This document shows positions 29,488 through 38,706 of a stretch of 64,000 bases of DNA, one piece after another. This DNA is from Nitrososphaerota archaeon. GTDB lineage: Archaea; Thermoproteota; EX4484-205; JAAOZP01. The position numbers and the translations under genes were made by a program. The stretch spans positions 128,001 to 192,000 of the forward strand of contig JAAOZP010000012.1 of the NCBI GenBank assembly GCA_011605725.1, given 5' to 3'. The notes beneath the pieces were generated by a model. The model did no database searches and was not told the origin of the DNA. It was given only the letters and a program-made list of their open reading frames with translations. Position 1 is the first letter of the stretch. Every line of letters starts with the position of its first letter.

Positions 29488-30797
29488 AAACCATGGAGAT
29501 GAGCTACCTGGAGAGGACTAAAAAATCCATGGAACTCTTTGAAAAAGCTAGGAAACATATTCCCGGCGGATCGGCTTACTCAATAAGGTATTTCGAACCG
29601 TATCCTTTCTACGTTAGCAGGGCTAAAGGCAGCAGGATCTGGGATGTCGACGGCAACGAATACGTTGACTTCTGGATGGTTCATTTCGCAGCCGTACTGG
29701 GACACGGCTATAGGCCTGTGATTGAAGCTGCGAAGGAACAGCTTGAGCATGGTGCACACTTCGGCTGGTGCAACGAGTGGGAGGTGAAATGGGCGGAAGC
29801 AGTGTGCAGATGGTTCGACGTGGATATGGCTAAGCCAGCCAATAGCGGGACGGAGGCGAACATGTATGCTGTCAGGCTTGCGAGAGCCTACACTGGAAGA
29901 AGAAAGATCGGGAAGATGGAGGGGGGATGGCATGGAGGATACGACGGTCTGCATAAGGCGGTTAACTATCCCTATGATAAGCCGTCGTCTTTAGGCTTAG
30001 CCTGTGTTGAAAACATTGTTCCACTCCCGTTTAACGATCTTGAGGCAACGATAAGAATAGCTGGGAAAGAAGATCTGGCAGGCATAATTTTGGAACCGGT
30101 TCTCGGATCGGCGGGAGTTATTCCGGCGAGCGAAGAGTACTTGAAAGGCCTTAGGGAATTCTGCAGTAGGAGGAACATAGTGTTGATATTCGACGAGGTT
30201 ATCACTGGGTTTAGGCATCCCGGCGGTATGCAGAATTATTTCAAAGTCAAGCCGGATATAACGACCATAGGTAAAACAGCCGGAGGACAGTATTTCGCTG
30301 GAGCGGGAGGAATATGTGGAACAGCCGAGATAATGAGTCTACTCGACCAAGTCGAGAGACCAGAATTTTGGAACCGTTCATTCCACGGAGGAACGTATGT
30401 GGGTAATGCTTTGACAATGCGCGCCGGATATGTTACGATAAACGAGCTTGAAAAGAAGAGTGGAGAAGTATATTCCTACATTAATTCTCTCGGAGAATAC
30501 GGTAGAAGACGGATCATGGAGGTTCTTGAGGAAAACCGTTTCGAGGCCTACGTCACTGGATTACTGTCTATGATAGGCTTGCATTTCACAAGGGAAAAGC
30601 CGTTTAACGGGTTGACGGCGGAGAGAACTAAGAATAGAGAGTTAAGTAGAAAATTATTCAACCACATGCTGCAGAAGGGAATAGTATATCAGAGGCCCGA
30701 GACCCCGCACTTCGCAGTCTCGACTGCTCACTCAATGGATGAGATGGAAAGACTCGTGGAAGAACTAGATACCTTTATTAAAAAGGAAAGAGGATGA
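29484..30797 (+). CDS. Class III PLP aminotransferase (GSA aminomutase-like)
   Basis: WDVDGNEYVD, NSGTEA, FDEVITGFR, GK PLP-lysine, HGGTY; overlaps the upstream stop. Confidence 0.85.
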   Translation: MKTMEMSYLERTKKSMELFEKARKHIPGGSAYSIRYFEPYPFYVSRAKGSRIWDVDGNEYVDFWMVHFAAVLGHGYRPVIEAAKEQLEHGAHFGWCNEWEVKWAEAVCRWFDVDMAKPANSGTEANMYAVRLARAYTGRRKIGKMEGGWHGGYDGLHKAVNYPYDKPSSLGLACVENIVPLPFNDLEATIRIAGKEDLAGIILEPVLGSAGVIPASEEYLKGLREFCSRRNIVLIFDEVITGFRHPGGMQNYFKVKPDITTIGKTAGGQYFAGAGGICGTAEIMSLLDQVERPEFWNRSFHGGTYVGNALTMRAGYVTINELEKKSGEVYSYINSLGEYGRRRIMEVLEENRFEAYVTGLLSMIGLHFTREKPFNGLTAERTKNRELSRKLFNHMLQKGIVYQRPETPHFAVSTAHSMDEMERLVEELDTFIKKERG

Positions 30798-30849
30798 GCC
30801 TACAATAATTAGAGAAACATGCTTATCAAACGTTTTGAATAATGCAGAT

Positions 30850-31680
30850 TCACGGTATGCATTGAGGCTCAGGATTCTTTGAACTTTTTAGACAGGCCTC
30901 TATGAAGTCTTTAGAGGTTGTTGACCAAGCATACTTGGTCTCTATCTCTTGAACAAATATTCTTGTTGCAAGCAACTGGTATACAGTATCGTGAGCCTCG
31001 ATAGCTGCAGTACAATCCCTTAAAAGTATAATGTTGTACCCCCTTTCACTCATAGCCCTAACCCCGTAATCCCTATGTTGTAGACACATGTTGGTGGCGA
31101 AACCAGCGTAGAAAAGATGGAGTTTCCCTAGTTTTTTAAGGATTCTGTGTAACTGTCTCCCCGACCTTACTACATAGTCACCCGACTGGGGTGCAAGAGG
31201 CTCTGCAATCATCAGTTTCTCCCTGTATATGTGCTCCCAAGCTTCTCGAGGAGGTGAAAAACCCCTGTTGAAAACGGAAAAAACCCCTATTCTATCGACG
31301 AACTCTTTGGGAGGCCATTCTGGGTCTACTGAAGCATATACTGGGAAGCGTTCCTCATCCCCTTTTTCGAAGCAGCAGGATGATTGAGGGTATTTTTCAG
31401 CCACGTTCGACGAGGGGGCATGTATAACTGTTACACCGGTTCTCCTAGCAGCATTCACCACCGGAGCAATCTTCTCCTCCACTATTCTTCTCGACCTTGC
31501 CGAGTAGCTTTCACAATAATGAATACTCCAGCAATCCACTAGGATTAAAGCGCTTTCAGCAACAGGCATTTCAAGAAGCCTCTCAACGTAGTGAAAGTCT
31601 TCCTCCAAACATCCGTAGGGTTTCTCCTCAAGGTAAAGGCGGTAGTATCTAGCGGGGACTTTCAACACGGTTTTTTGCAT
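30850..31680 (-). CDS. Isochorismatase-like cysteine hydrolase (divergent)
   Basis: LILVDCW, VIHAPS, GFATNMC, LLRDCT. Likely start 31680 (track 31788). Confidence 0.7.
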   Translation of the reverse strand: MQKTVLKVPARYYRLYLEEKPYGCLEEDFHYVERLLEMPVAESALILVDCWSIHYCESYSARSRRIVEEKIAPVVNAARRTGVTVIHAPSSNVAEKYPQSSCCFEKGDEERFPVYASVDPEWPPKEFVDRIGVFSVFNRGFSPPREAWEHIYREKLMIAEPLAPQSGDYVVRSGRQLHRILKKLGKLHLFYAGFATNMCLQHRDYGVRAMSERGYNIILLRDCTAAIEAHDTVYQLLATRIFVQEIETKYAWSTTSKDFIEACLKSSKNPEPQCIP

Positions 31681-31796
31681 AAGTACGTGTTTAAACAACC
31701 TGTTTAAATTCCTTTCCGCTCTGTTGAAGCATGTATCCTTCAAACCGTTTAGCATAGGGATGGGAAAACTTAAGAAAACGCGAAACACCCTTTACA

Positions 31797-32357
31797 ATGA
31801 TGAAGAAGAATTCAAAACTGATCGGTATAGATGGCTCCGCATTGCTGATTATCGATGTGCAGGAGAAGCTTTTCCCCTTGATGAACAGGAGGGAAGAGGT
31901 TTTGAGGAACATTGTGAAACTAATAAGGTTTTGCAGAAAATGTGAAATACCCATCATAGTGACGGAGCAGTATCCTAAGGGGCTTGGAAGAACGGTGCGG
32001 GAAATAATGAGTGAACTTGGAGATGTTAAACCTATTGAGAAGACGAGTTTCAGCTGTTTCGGTTCTCAAGAATTCAAGAATACTTTGAGAATGTTGAGAG
32101 TAAAAACTTTAATAATTGTCGGCATAGAGGCGCATGTCTGCGTAATGCAGACGGCGCTTGAAGCCCCGAGGAAAATAAGAGTCTGCGTCGTGGCTGACGC
32201 AGTCTCTTCCCGTGCAATCGGAAACATCCATCTAGCTTTGCAAAGGATGAGGGATTCCGGAATCATAATTTCTTCCACAGAAATGGCGATGTATGAATTG
32301 TTAAGGGATTCGAAGTCGAGAATGTTCAGAGAAGTGAGGGAGCTCTTAAAAGCATGA
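31797..32357 (+). CDS. Isochorismatase family hydrolase (YcaC-like)
   Basis: IIDVQEK, TEQYPKGLG, EKTSFS, EAHVCV (D-K-C triad). Confidence 0.9.
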   Translation: MMKKNSKLIGIDGSALLIIDVQEKLFPLMNRREEVLRNIVKLIRFCRKCEIPIIVTEQYPKGLGRTVREIMSELGDVKPIEKTSFSCFGSQEFKNTLRMLRVKTLIIVGIEAHVCVMQTALEAPRKIRVCVVADAVSSRAIGNIHLALQRMRDSGIIISSTEMAMYELLRDSKSRMFREVRELLKA

Positions 32358-32382
32358 CACTAATCTTTAAATCAGGAAAACA

Positions 32383-33138
32383 GTGCTTCGAATGGTGATG
32401 CAGACGGGTAAAAGGCGGATAGTGGATGCAAACACCGTCTTCGGAGCATATCCCAAAAGAAAAACAGACGTTTCGCTTAAAAATCTTCTCAAGATAATGG
32501 ATGTTAACAGGGTTGAAAAAGCTTTAACAACCTCCCTGAAAGGAGCTTTCTACAGCTATGAAGAAGGAAACGAGGAAACCCTTAAAGCATGTAGAGCCAA
32601 CAATAGGCTTATTCCCCTAGCTACAGTCGACCCTAGAAGATTCGCCGGTGACCGGGGGGAAATTGAGAACCTTGTTGGAAGCGGTTTTAAAGGAATCAGG
32701 CTTTTCAAGGATATTCAAGGCTATCCGCTTGACTATTCTCCATTAATCGAAATTATTGAAAGCATGAATGGGTTGGGAGTACCACTTCTTGTCCCCTGCA
32801 ACGAATACGGGTGTATAACACTCCTTTCAAGACTCACTGCAGGAAAGGAGTATCCGGTTATAGTTCTCGGATGCACGTATTCTCTCCTAAGCGAGTTCAT
32901 AGTTTCAGCCAGGAGGAATAGAAACCTGTATGTTGAAACTCGTCTTCTAACTTCTTCCGACGCTATTGAGGTTCTTGCTGAAAAAGTTGGAGCAGATAGG
33001 CTAATATTCGGCTCCGGAATCCTTCTTGAGTATTTTCAGGCATCCTACAGGATGGTTGAATCAGCCAGAATCCGTGATGAAGACAAGGACTTGATTCTTT
33101 CTGGAAACATCCTTAGGATTATTAAGGAGGCTTGTTGA
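32383..33138 (+). CDS. Amidohydrolase_2-like protein lacking canonical metal ligands
   Basis: IVDANT replaces D-x-H-x-H; GFKGIRLF and GADRLIFGSG are present. Confidence 0.7.
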   Translation: MLRMVMQTGKRRIVDANTVFGAYPKRKTDVSLKNLLKIMDVNRVEKALTTSLKGAFYSYEEGNEETLKACRANNRLIPLATVDPRRFAGDRGEIENLVGSGFKGIRLFKDIQGYPLDYSPLIEIIESMNGLGVPLLVPCNEYGCITLLSRLTAGKEYPVIVLGCTYSLLSEFIVSARRNRNLYVETRLLTSSDAIEVLAEKVGADRLIFGSGILLEYFQASYRMVESARIRDEDKDLILSGNILRIIKEAC

Positions 33139-33139
33139 A

Positions 33140-33892
33140 ATGCGCATTATAGACATACATGCTCACTACGGTGAATGGTTCTTTCCGATCTACAGGTCGT
33201 CGAAAAAGAGCATAGTGGAGATGATGAATCATCACGATATTGAGGCGGTAATCCTATCCTCCAGCAAGGCAATAACTTACGACATGGTGGAGGGAAACAT
33301 GGATTTAGACATGATCCTTGATTCAAACAAGGGTTTATACGGCTACGTGTATGTTAACCCAAACTATCCGGAGCTCTCTAAGGCTGAAATCGAGAAGTAT
33401 CTTGCAAACCCGCTTTTCAAAGGTGTTGGCGAAATACATCCGGATTATTCCGGTCTCCCGGTGGATTCGGAGGAAAGCATTTCAATTCTAATAGAGGCAG
33501 CTGAATACCGGAAACCGTTTCTAATACATACTTACAGTTTGGAAAACGTGAGAGCACTTGTTGAACTCGTTAAAAAGTTTCCAGACAACGTGTTCATAGC
33601 GGGACATATGGGTGGAACGGTTGCGTCTGGAACAGGGTTAAGCTGGAAGAAGGCTATTGATGCCGCTAAAGAGTACTCCAACCTTTACCTAGAGATATGT
33701 ATGACGCTTTTTGAAAAGGGTAAGCTTGAGGAGGCTGTTGACAAAGCAGGTGCCGACAAGATCATGTTTGGCAGCGACCTAACATTGTTAAACCCTGCCC
33801 ACACGATCGGAATGATCCTAAGCGCAGAGATCTCGAGAAACGATAGAGAAAAAATATTCTATTTAAACGCTAAAAGGGTTTTCAGGCTTTAG
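33140..33892 (+). CDS. Amidohydrolase_2 family metallohydrolase
   Basis: IIDIHAH, GEIHP, LIHT, GHMGG, IMFGSD. Confidence 0.85.
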   Translation: MRIIDIHAHYGEWFFPIYRSSKKSIVEMMNHHDIEAVILSSSKAITYDMVEGNMDLDMILDSNKGLYGYVYVNPNYPELSKAEIEKYLANPLFKGVGEIHPDYSGLPVDSEESISILIEAAEYRKPFLIHTYSLENVRALVELVKKFPDNVFIAGHMGGTVASGTGLSWKKAIDAAKEYSNLYLEICMTLFEKGKLEEAVDKAGADKIMFGSDLTLLNPAHTIGMILSAEISRNDREKIFYLNAKRVFRL

Positions 33893-35126
33893 GGTTTACC
33901 CTATAATAGCTGGCCACCTTGCGTATAGCCCTGAATATGTCGTTAACATCCTCGTCAGTGTAAAACTCGTTCACAGGTATTGTTATCAGTTCTTTAAGAA
34001 CCTTCTCCGCATTCGGGCAATCTCCCTCCTTATACTGGATCCTCCGGTTGTAGCGCGGGCAATCGAAAGGACAATGAGAAGAACCATACGTAGCCTGATC
34101 CTTAAGAATGCTAAACATGTAAAGAGGCTTCTTAATGTATCCTGCGGAAGCAGGTATCCCCTCAGCCGAAACAGCTCTAGCAAACTCCCCAGGAGAAACC
34201 CTAATGGTTTTAGTATCGATTGTTAAAGGGTAAAGCCAGTATGAGTGTTTCGACCCAGGTATGATTTTTGGAGGGTTCACTCCTTCAACCTCGCTTAAAA
34301 GCTTCGTTAAAGCATCCCCAACCCTTCTTCTCCTAGCGACAATATCCTGCACCTTGCGCAGCTGGGCTAGTGCCACAGCACCCTGGAGTTCAGTCATCCT
34401 GTAATTCATGGCGAGGAAAAGATACCCCCTGTCTTCAGCCTGACCCCTAGGCCAGGCCTTATCCGCGAATAAACGTGCCCTCTCAGCAAGCTCATCATTA
34501 TTCGTAATAGTTATTCCACCGTCTCCACACGTCATCTGCTTCGACTGCTGGAGGCTGAAGCAGCCCAGATCACCCATTGTCCCAGCCAGCCTACCCTTGT
34601 ACTCTGCCAGGTGGGCTTGAGAAGCATCTTCAATCAAATAAAGCCCATGGTCCCTACAGATTTTAACAAGCGGGTCCATGTCGCAACACTGGCCGAACAG
34701 GTGTATAGCGATGACTGCAACAGTCCTGTCAGTTATTTTTCTCTCCACGTCCACAGGATCCAACCCGTAGGTTTTAGGGTTAATATCTGCGAAAACAGGT
34801 ATGCAGTTCTGCCAGAGAATTGGAACTATGCTCCCAATGTCGCTTATGGGGCCAGTGATTACCTCGGAGCAGGGTTCAGGGTTGATCGCCCCCAGAGCAA
34901 CATGGATCGAGGCTGTTCCAGAAGTCGAGGCAACACCATGCTTAACCCCGTATAGCTTTGCAAACTCCTTTTCAAAAGCTGAAACCTTTACCCCCCCAAC
35001 CCTGTTTAAATTACCGGACCAGATTACGTCAACAAGCTCCTTCATCTCCTCGCTTCCAATATCCCTCCTGCTCGGAAGCTCTTTCAACCTAGTTCTCGGA
35101 CCACCGTTAATAGCTAACTCTTCCAA
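33882..35126 (-). CDS. DegT/DnrJ/EryC1/StrS sugar aminotransferase
   Basis: ELAINGG, SGTASIH, IEDASQAH, FSLQQSKQMTCGDGG, NYRMTELQ. Confidence 0.9.
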   Translation of the reverse strand: MEELAINGGPRTRLKELPSRRDIGSEEMKELVDVIWSGNLNRVGGVKVSAFEKEFAKLYGVKHGVASTSGTASIHVALGAINPEPCSEVITGPISDIGSIVPILWQNCIPVFADINPKTYGLDPVDVERKITDRTVAVIAIHLFGQCCDMDPLVKICRDHGLYLIEDASQAHLAEYKGRLAGTMGDLGCFSLQQSKQMTCGDGGITITNNDELAERARLFADKAWPRGQAEDRGYLFLAMNYRMTELQGAVALAQLRKVQDIVARRRRVGDALTKLLSEVEGVNPPKIIPGSKHSYWLYPLTIDTKTIRVSPGEFARAVSAEGIPASAGYIKKPLYMFSILKDQATYGSSHCPFDCPRYNRRIQYKEGDCPNAEKVLKELITIPVNEFYTDEDVNDIFRAIRKVASYYRVNPKA

Positions 35127-35211
35127 CCTAAACTACTTTCCTCTCCCTGATTCTATTAAAGGTTTCTAGGCTCGAAATCTTTATTAATCCACATGCTCCG
35201 GAGCCCGAAGC

Positions 35212-37455
35212 ATGGCGACTAAGAAAGAATACTTCGACTTTATTAAAAAGTATTATGAGGAACTATTAAGGAGTTACGAACATTCTTTGAAAGAATGGTT
35301 GAAAAGAATGGAAACCGCTGATTCCTTCGACCCGCCTATGGTTCCGGTTACACGTGCCCTCATCGAAGGCTTCCTCTACCGTGTTACAGGAAACAAGGAG
35401 TATGCTGAAAAAGCTAGGGAAGCAATGCTTACTTATCAGAAGCTACCCGACATAGTTCCGGATAATTTGAGAAGAATGCCTAAATACGCTGGAGGTGTCC
35501 GCCCAATGCTGAACTGGTTTGGAGGAGTTACCCTTTTCCTACGAGCCTATGAATTCATACTGGACAGCGGGGTTATAGGAAGGGAGGATAGAGAGGTTTT
35601 TAAGGAGATAGTTGGAAACAGTCTTGAACCATTCTTCTCCTTCCCAGAGTGGGGGCCGCATAACCGTGCGATTAAAAGAGGATTAGCATTAACTTATGCT
35701 GCAAAAATATTTCCAGACCATCCTGATGCTTCGAAATGGAGCAAGCTTGGAAAACTAATGGTGGAACCGAGCCTGAAACACTGGTCGCTTGAAGACAGTG
35801 AGCTCTACGTTCCAATCTGGTTTTCAGACCTACTTCTTTATCTGGATGTTACTGGAGACCGTGAAGTATTCGACTCACCCGTCATGAAGTATTATTTCCA
35901 TTATTTTACATACTTGCTCTGCCCGCTCGGAATGATCCCGGATTTTGGGGATGCGACATGGGGTGCAAACTCAGAGCTGTATTTAGCGATCCTGGAGAAG
36001 GGAGCCAGCGTTTATAGAGACCCCTACATGAAGTATGCTGCAGACAGAATCTTCAGGTTCGCCGTAAAGGAGAAAAGGCTAGGCGTCTACGCTATATTCG
36101 CATACCTCTGGTCAGACGACAATGTTGAAGCTAGGGTTCCGGAGTCCAACAGCCAGGAAGTTCTGGACGAAGTTATCGGTAAGAAGATTGTTTTCAGAGA
36201 AGGCTGGAACGAGAATGCAACATACATGCTTCTCAACTACATGGATGAGGGAGATATCGGCTGGTATTACAAGGAGCATTTGCGTAATACCCTCGTAGTA
36301 ACCGCGGAGAAAATGCATCACGGGCATGCTGATGAAAACTCTATTGTTGCTCTTGTGAAAAACAGCGCTTTCCTGCTTCACGACGGGGGTTATCGCGAGG
36401 CTCTGCCAAACGGGGCCTACAGGGCTGACGTTTATCATAACCGTATAGTAGTTCGACAGGGAAGACCAAAGGGTCAAAGGCTTTTCGAGTTTCTCCACGA
36501 TAAAGGGGTTTACCAGCCTGTTAGGACGAGAAGAGTTCATTTCAAAACATTCCGAGAAGTCGACGTTAGCAGAACCGAAGTAACAGATGATAAGAACGGG
36601 TATCATTGGGACAGGGTTATAACATACTTGAAGAATTTGAAGGCTTTTGTAATCCATGACGGAGTAAGGCTTCTAAAAGACGGCGAGTTCACAATCAGCA
36701 ATCTATTATGGACACAAAACATTCATGCTGGTGGTGAAGAATATTTTGACACTTCGATCGACCTAATAGGACTAGTTGGAGCAATGAGCAATATGAAGAT
36801 AACTCTTGAAGAAAGAAAACGTTTCGCATGGCCCAATAAGAAGGGTGAAAGACTCTTAATTTATTTCCAGCCGGATGGAAGCAAGAAACTAGGAGTCGAT
36901 GACGAGATGCGGTGTTACCTTCCTGAAAAATGCGTATACCAGACTTATTCGAATAGTTTTAAAAAAGGAGAGTACGTTTCCTTCACAACCTTCCTATGGC
37001 CCCACAGGGAGGACGAGGCTATTGAAGCTATGCTTAGCAAGCTTAAACAGGTTAAAGTAGACAAGTATCCGAATGCTACCGCTATAAGAATAGAGCAGCC
37101 CGACGGAGCAACATACGTGTGCGTTAAACACGATCTCTCCATCGGGCTAGTCAGGCCAGAGGTTAGACCAGTCTACACGTATGAAGCCGGGGAGATTCGA
37201 TACGACGAGTTTGCAACTGACGCAGCCTACCTTTACGCGAGGCTTAACAGTAACCTGCTAAAATACGCTTTCATAGACGGGATGAAGCTTAGGTTCAGAA
37301 ACATAATGGTCTTCTCCTCCGAAGAGCCGAGCATTATCGACCTTACTCACCGGCCAGACATTGACCGTAAAGGAACTTTTAAGACTGAGAAGGAATACTG
37401 GGAGTTCGAGCTTAAAACGAAGTGGGATTCCTGGGAAGACGAGACTAGTGTTTGA
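35212..37455 (+). CDS. Heparinase II/III-like (polysaccharide lyase-type) cytoplasmic protein
   Basis: Helical N-half with HNR and PDFGD; beta C-half with HHGHADENS, HDGGY and YHNRIVV; no signal peptide. Confidence 0.55.
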   Translation: MATKKEYFDFIKKYYEELLRSYEHSLKEWLKRMETADSFDPPMVPVTRALIEGFLYRVTGNKEYAEKAREAMLTYQKLPDIVPDNLRRMPKYAGGVRPMLNWFGGVTLFLRAYEFILDSGVIGREDREVFKEIVGNSLEPFFSFPEWGPHNRAIKRGLALTYAAKIFPDHPDASKWSKLGKLMVEPSLKHWSLEDSELYVPIWFSDLLLYLDVTGDREVFDSPVMKYYFHYFTYLLCPLGMIPDFGDATWGANSELYLAILEKGASVYRDPYMKYAADRIFRFAVKEKRLGVYAIFAYLWSDDNVEARVPESNSQEVLDEVIGKKIVFREGWNENATYMLLNYMDEGDIGWYYKEHLRNTLVVTAEKMHHGHADENSIVALVKNSAFLLHDGGYREALPNGAYRADVYHNRIVVRQGRPKGQRLFEFLHDKGVYQPVRTRRVHFKTFREVDVSRTEVTDDKNGYHWDRVITYLKNLKAFVIHDGVRLLKDGEFTISNLLWTQNIHAGGEEYFDTSIDLIGLVGAMSNMKITLEERKRFAWPNKKGERLLIYFQPDGSKKLGVDDEMRCYLPEKCVYQTYSNSFKKGEYVSFTTFLWPHREDEAIEAMLSKLKQVKVDKYPNATAIRIEQPDGATYVCVKHDLSIGLVRPEVRPVYTYEAGEIRYDEFATDAAYLYARLNSNLLKYAFIDGMKLRFRNIMVFSSEEPSIIDLTHRPDIDRKGTFKTEKEYWEFELKTKWDSWEDETSV

Positions 37456-37595
37456 AACGCGTGAAAACATTAACCATAGCTGAACCCAGCGTACTAACTC
37501 TTCAACAACAGGTAAAAAGTCATACGGCTTTTTAGAAGCCCCCTATACTTGACTCCTAAAAACATATATGCAGGTCTCTTGTGCAGTGTTTTAAA

Positions 37596-38663
37596 ATGGC
37601 TCTAACATCACGGGAAAGAGTGTTGATGGCTCTTAAGCATAAGGAAGCTGACAGGATTCCGATACATGATAGCCCCTGGGGTGCTACTGTCGACAGGTGG
37701 AGGAGTGAAGGCCTACCCTCAGGCGTTTCACCCGCCGACTATTTTGGGTATGAGCTAGCCGGGTTCTCAGCCGACACTACTCCACAGCTTCCCGTTGAGG
37801 TAATCAGGGAGGATGAAGAGTACATAGTTGAAAAAGATTCTTACGGGGGGATTAGGAGAAACCATAGAGACAGGTCAACCACGCCAGAGATAATAGATTA
37901 TCCCTGTAAGAGCAGGGCTGACTGGGAGAAGCTTAAGCCCCGGCTTCAGCCGAGCGACTGGAGGGTTGACTGGGTTTCAACTTTCAACAATTACCATTAC
38001 CAGAGGAGCCTAGGCAGGTTCATAACTTACAACGCAGCTGTAGGGTTTGACAAGATTCAGAACTATGTCGCCACGACAAGGCTTTTGAAAGCAGTCGTAA
38101 TGGAGCCAGAGTGGGTGGTTGACATGTATTGGACAGACGCTAAGCTTGCAATGGAAATGTGTGAAAGAATGATGAGGGCAGGGTTAAAGTTTGACGGAGC
38201 ATTCCTCTTCTGCGACCTGGGTTATAAGAACGGCTTATTGTTCTCCCCGAAACACTATGAGCAGCAGCTTCACCCTGTTTTTAAAGAGCTCTGCAGGTTT
38301 TTCCACAGTAGAGACATGCCGGTCCTGCTTCACAGTTGCGGAAGGGTTAAGGACCTAATACCCTTCTTTATAGAGGAAGGCATTGACTGCTTGCAGCCGC
38401 TTGAAGTAAAGGCTGGCATGGACCTCGTCGAGCTTAAGGAGCGATACGGTGATAAGCTTTGCTTCATGGGAGGAATAGACGTGAGGCTGATGGCTTTAGA
38501 CGACCCTGCTCCACTCGAGGAGGAGATAAAACGGAAAATATCTTTCGCGAAGCAGGGTGGGGGATACATTTACCACTCAGACCACTCGATACCGAAAAAC
38601 GTGAGCTTCGCAAACTACAGGAGAGTCATAGAGCTGGTTAAGAAGCACGGAGCATACACTTAG
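37596..38663 (+). CDS. URO-D / MtaA-CmuA family protein
   Basis: SRERV...DRIP, DLGYKNGLLFSP, LHSCG, QPLEVKAGMD, GGID, SDHSIP. Track start is 37581. Confidence 0.85.
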   Translation: MALTSRERVLMALKHKEADRIPIHDSPWGATVDRWRSEGLPSGVSPADYFGYELAGFSADTTPQLPVEVIREDEEYIVEKDSYGGIRRNHRDRSTTPEIIDYPCKSRADWEKLKPRLQPSDWRVDWVSTFNNYHYQRSLGRFITYNAAVGFDKIQNYVATTRLLKAVVMEPEWVVDMYWTDAKLAMEMCERMMRAGLKFDGAFLFCDLGYKNGLLFSPKHYEQQLHPVFKELCRFFHSRDMPVLLHSCGRVKDLIPFFIEEGIDCLQPLEVKAGMDLVELKERYGDKLCFMGGIDVRLMALDDPAPLEEEIKRKISFAKQGGGYIYHSDHSIPKNVSFANYRRVIELVKKHGAYT

Positions 38664-38706
38664 AAAGCTTCTGAGTCAGGCCTATTTGAATCGGAAGCCT
38701 CATGTT

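Noticed and set aside
29484-30797. Assignment as hemL, with URO-D paralogs as hemE, giving a heme pathway
   Set aside because: No hemA/B/C/D genes are in the window, and the URO-D paralogs lack the HemE W-x-MRQAGR motif.
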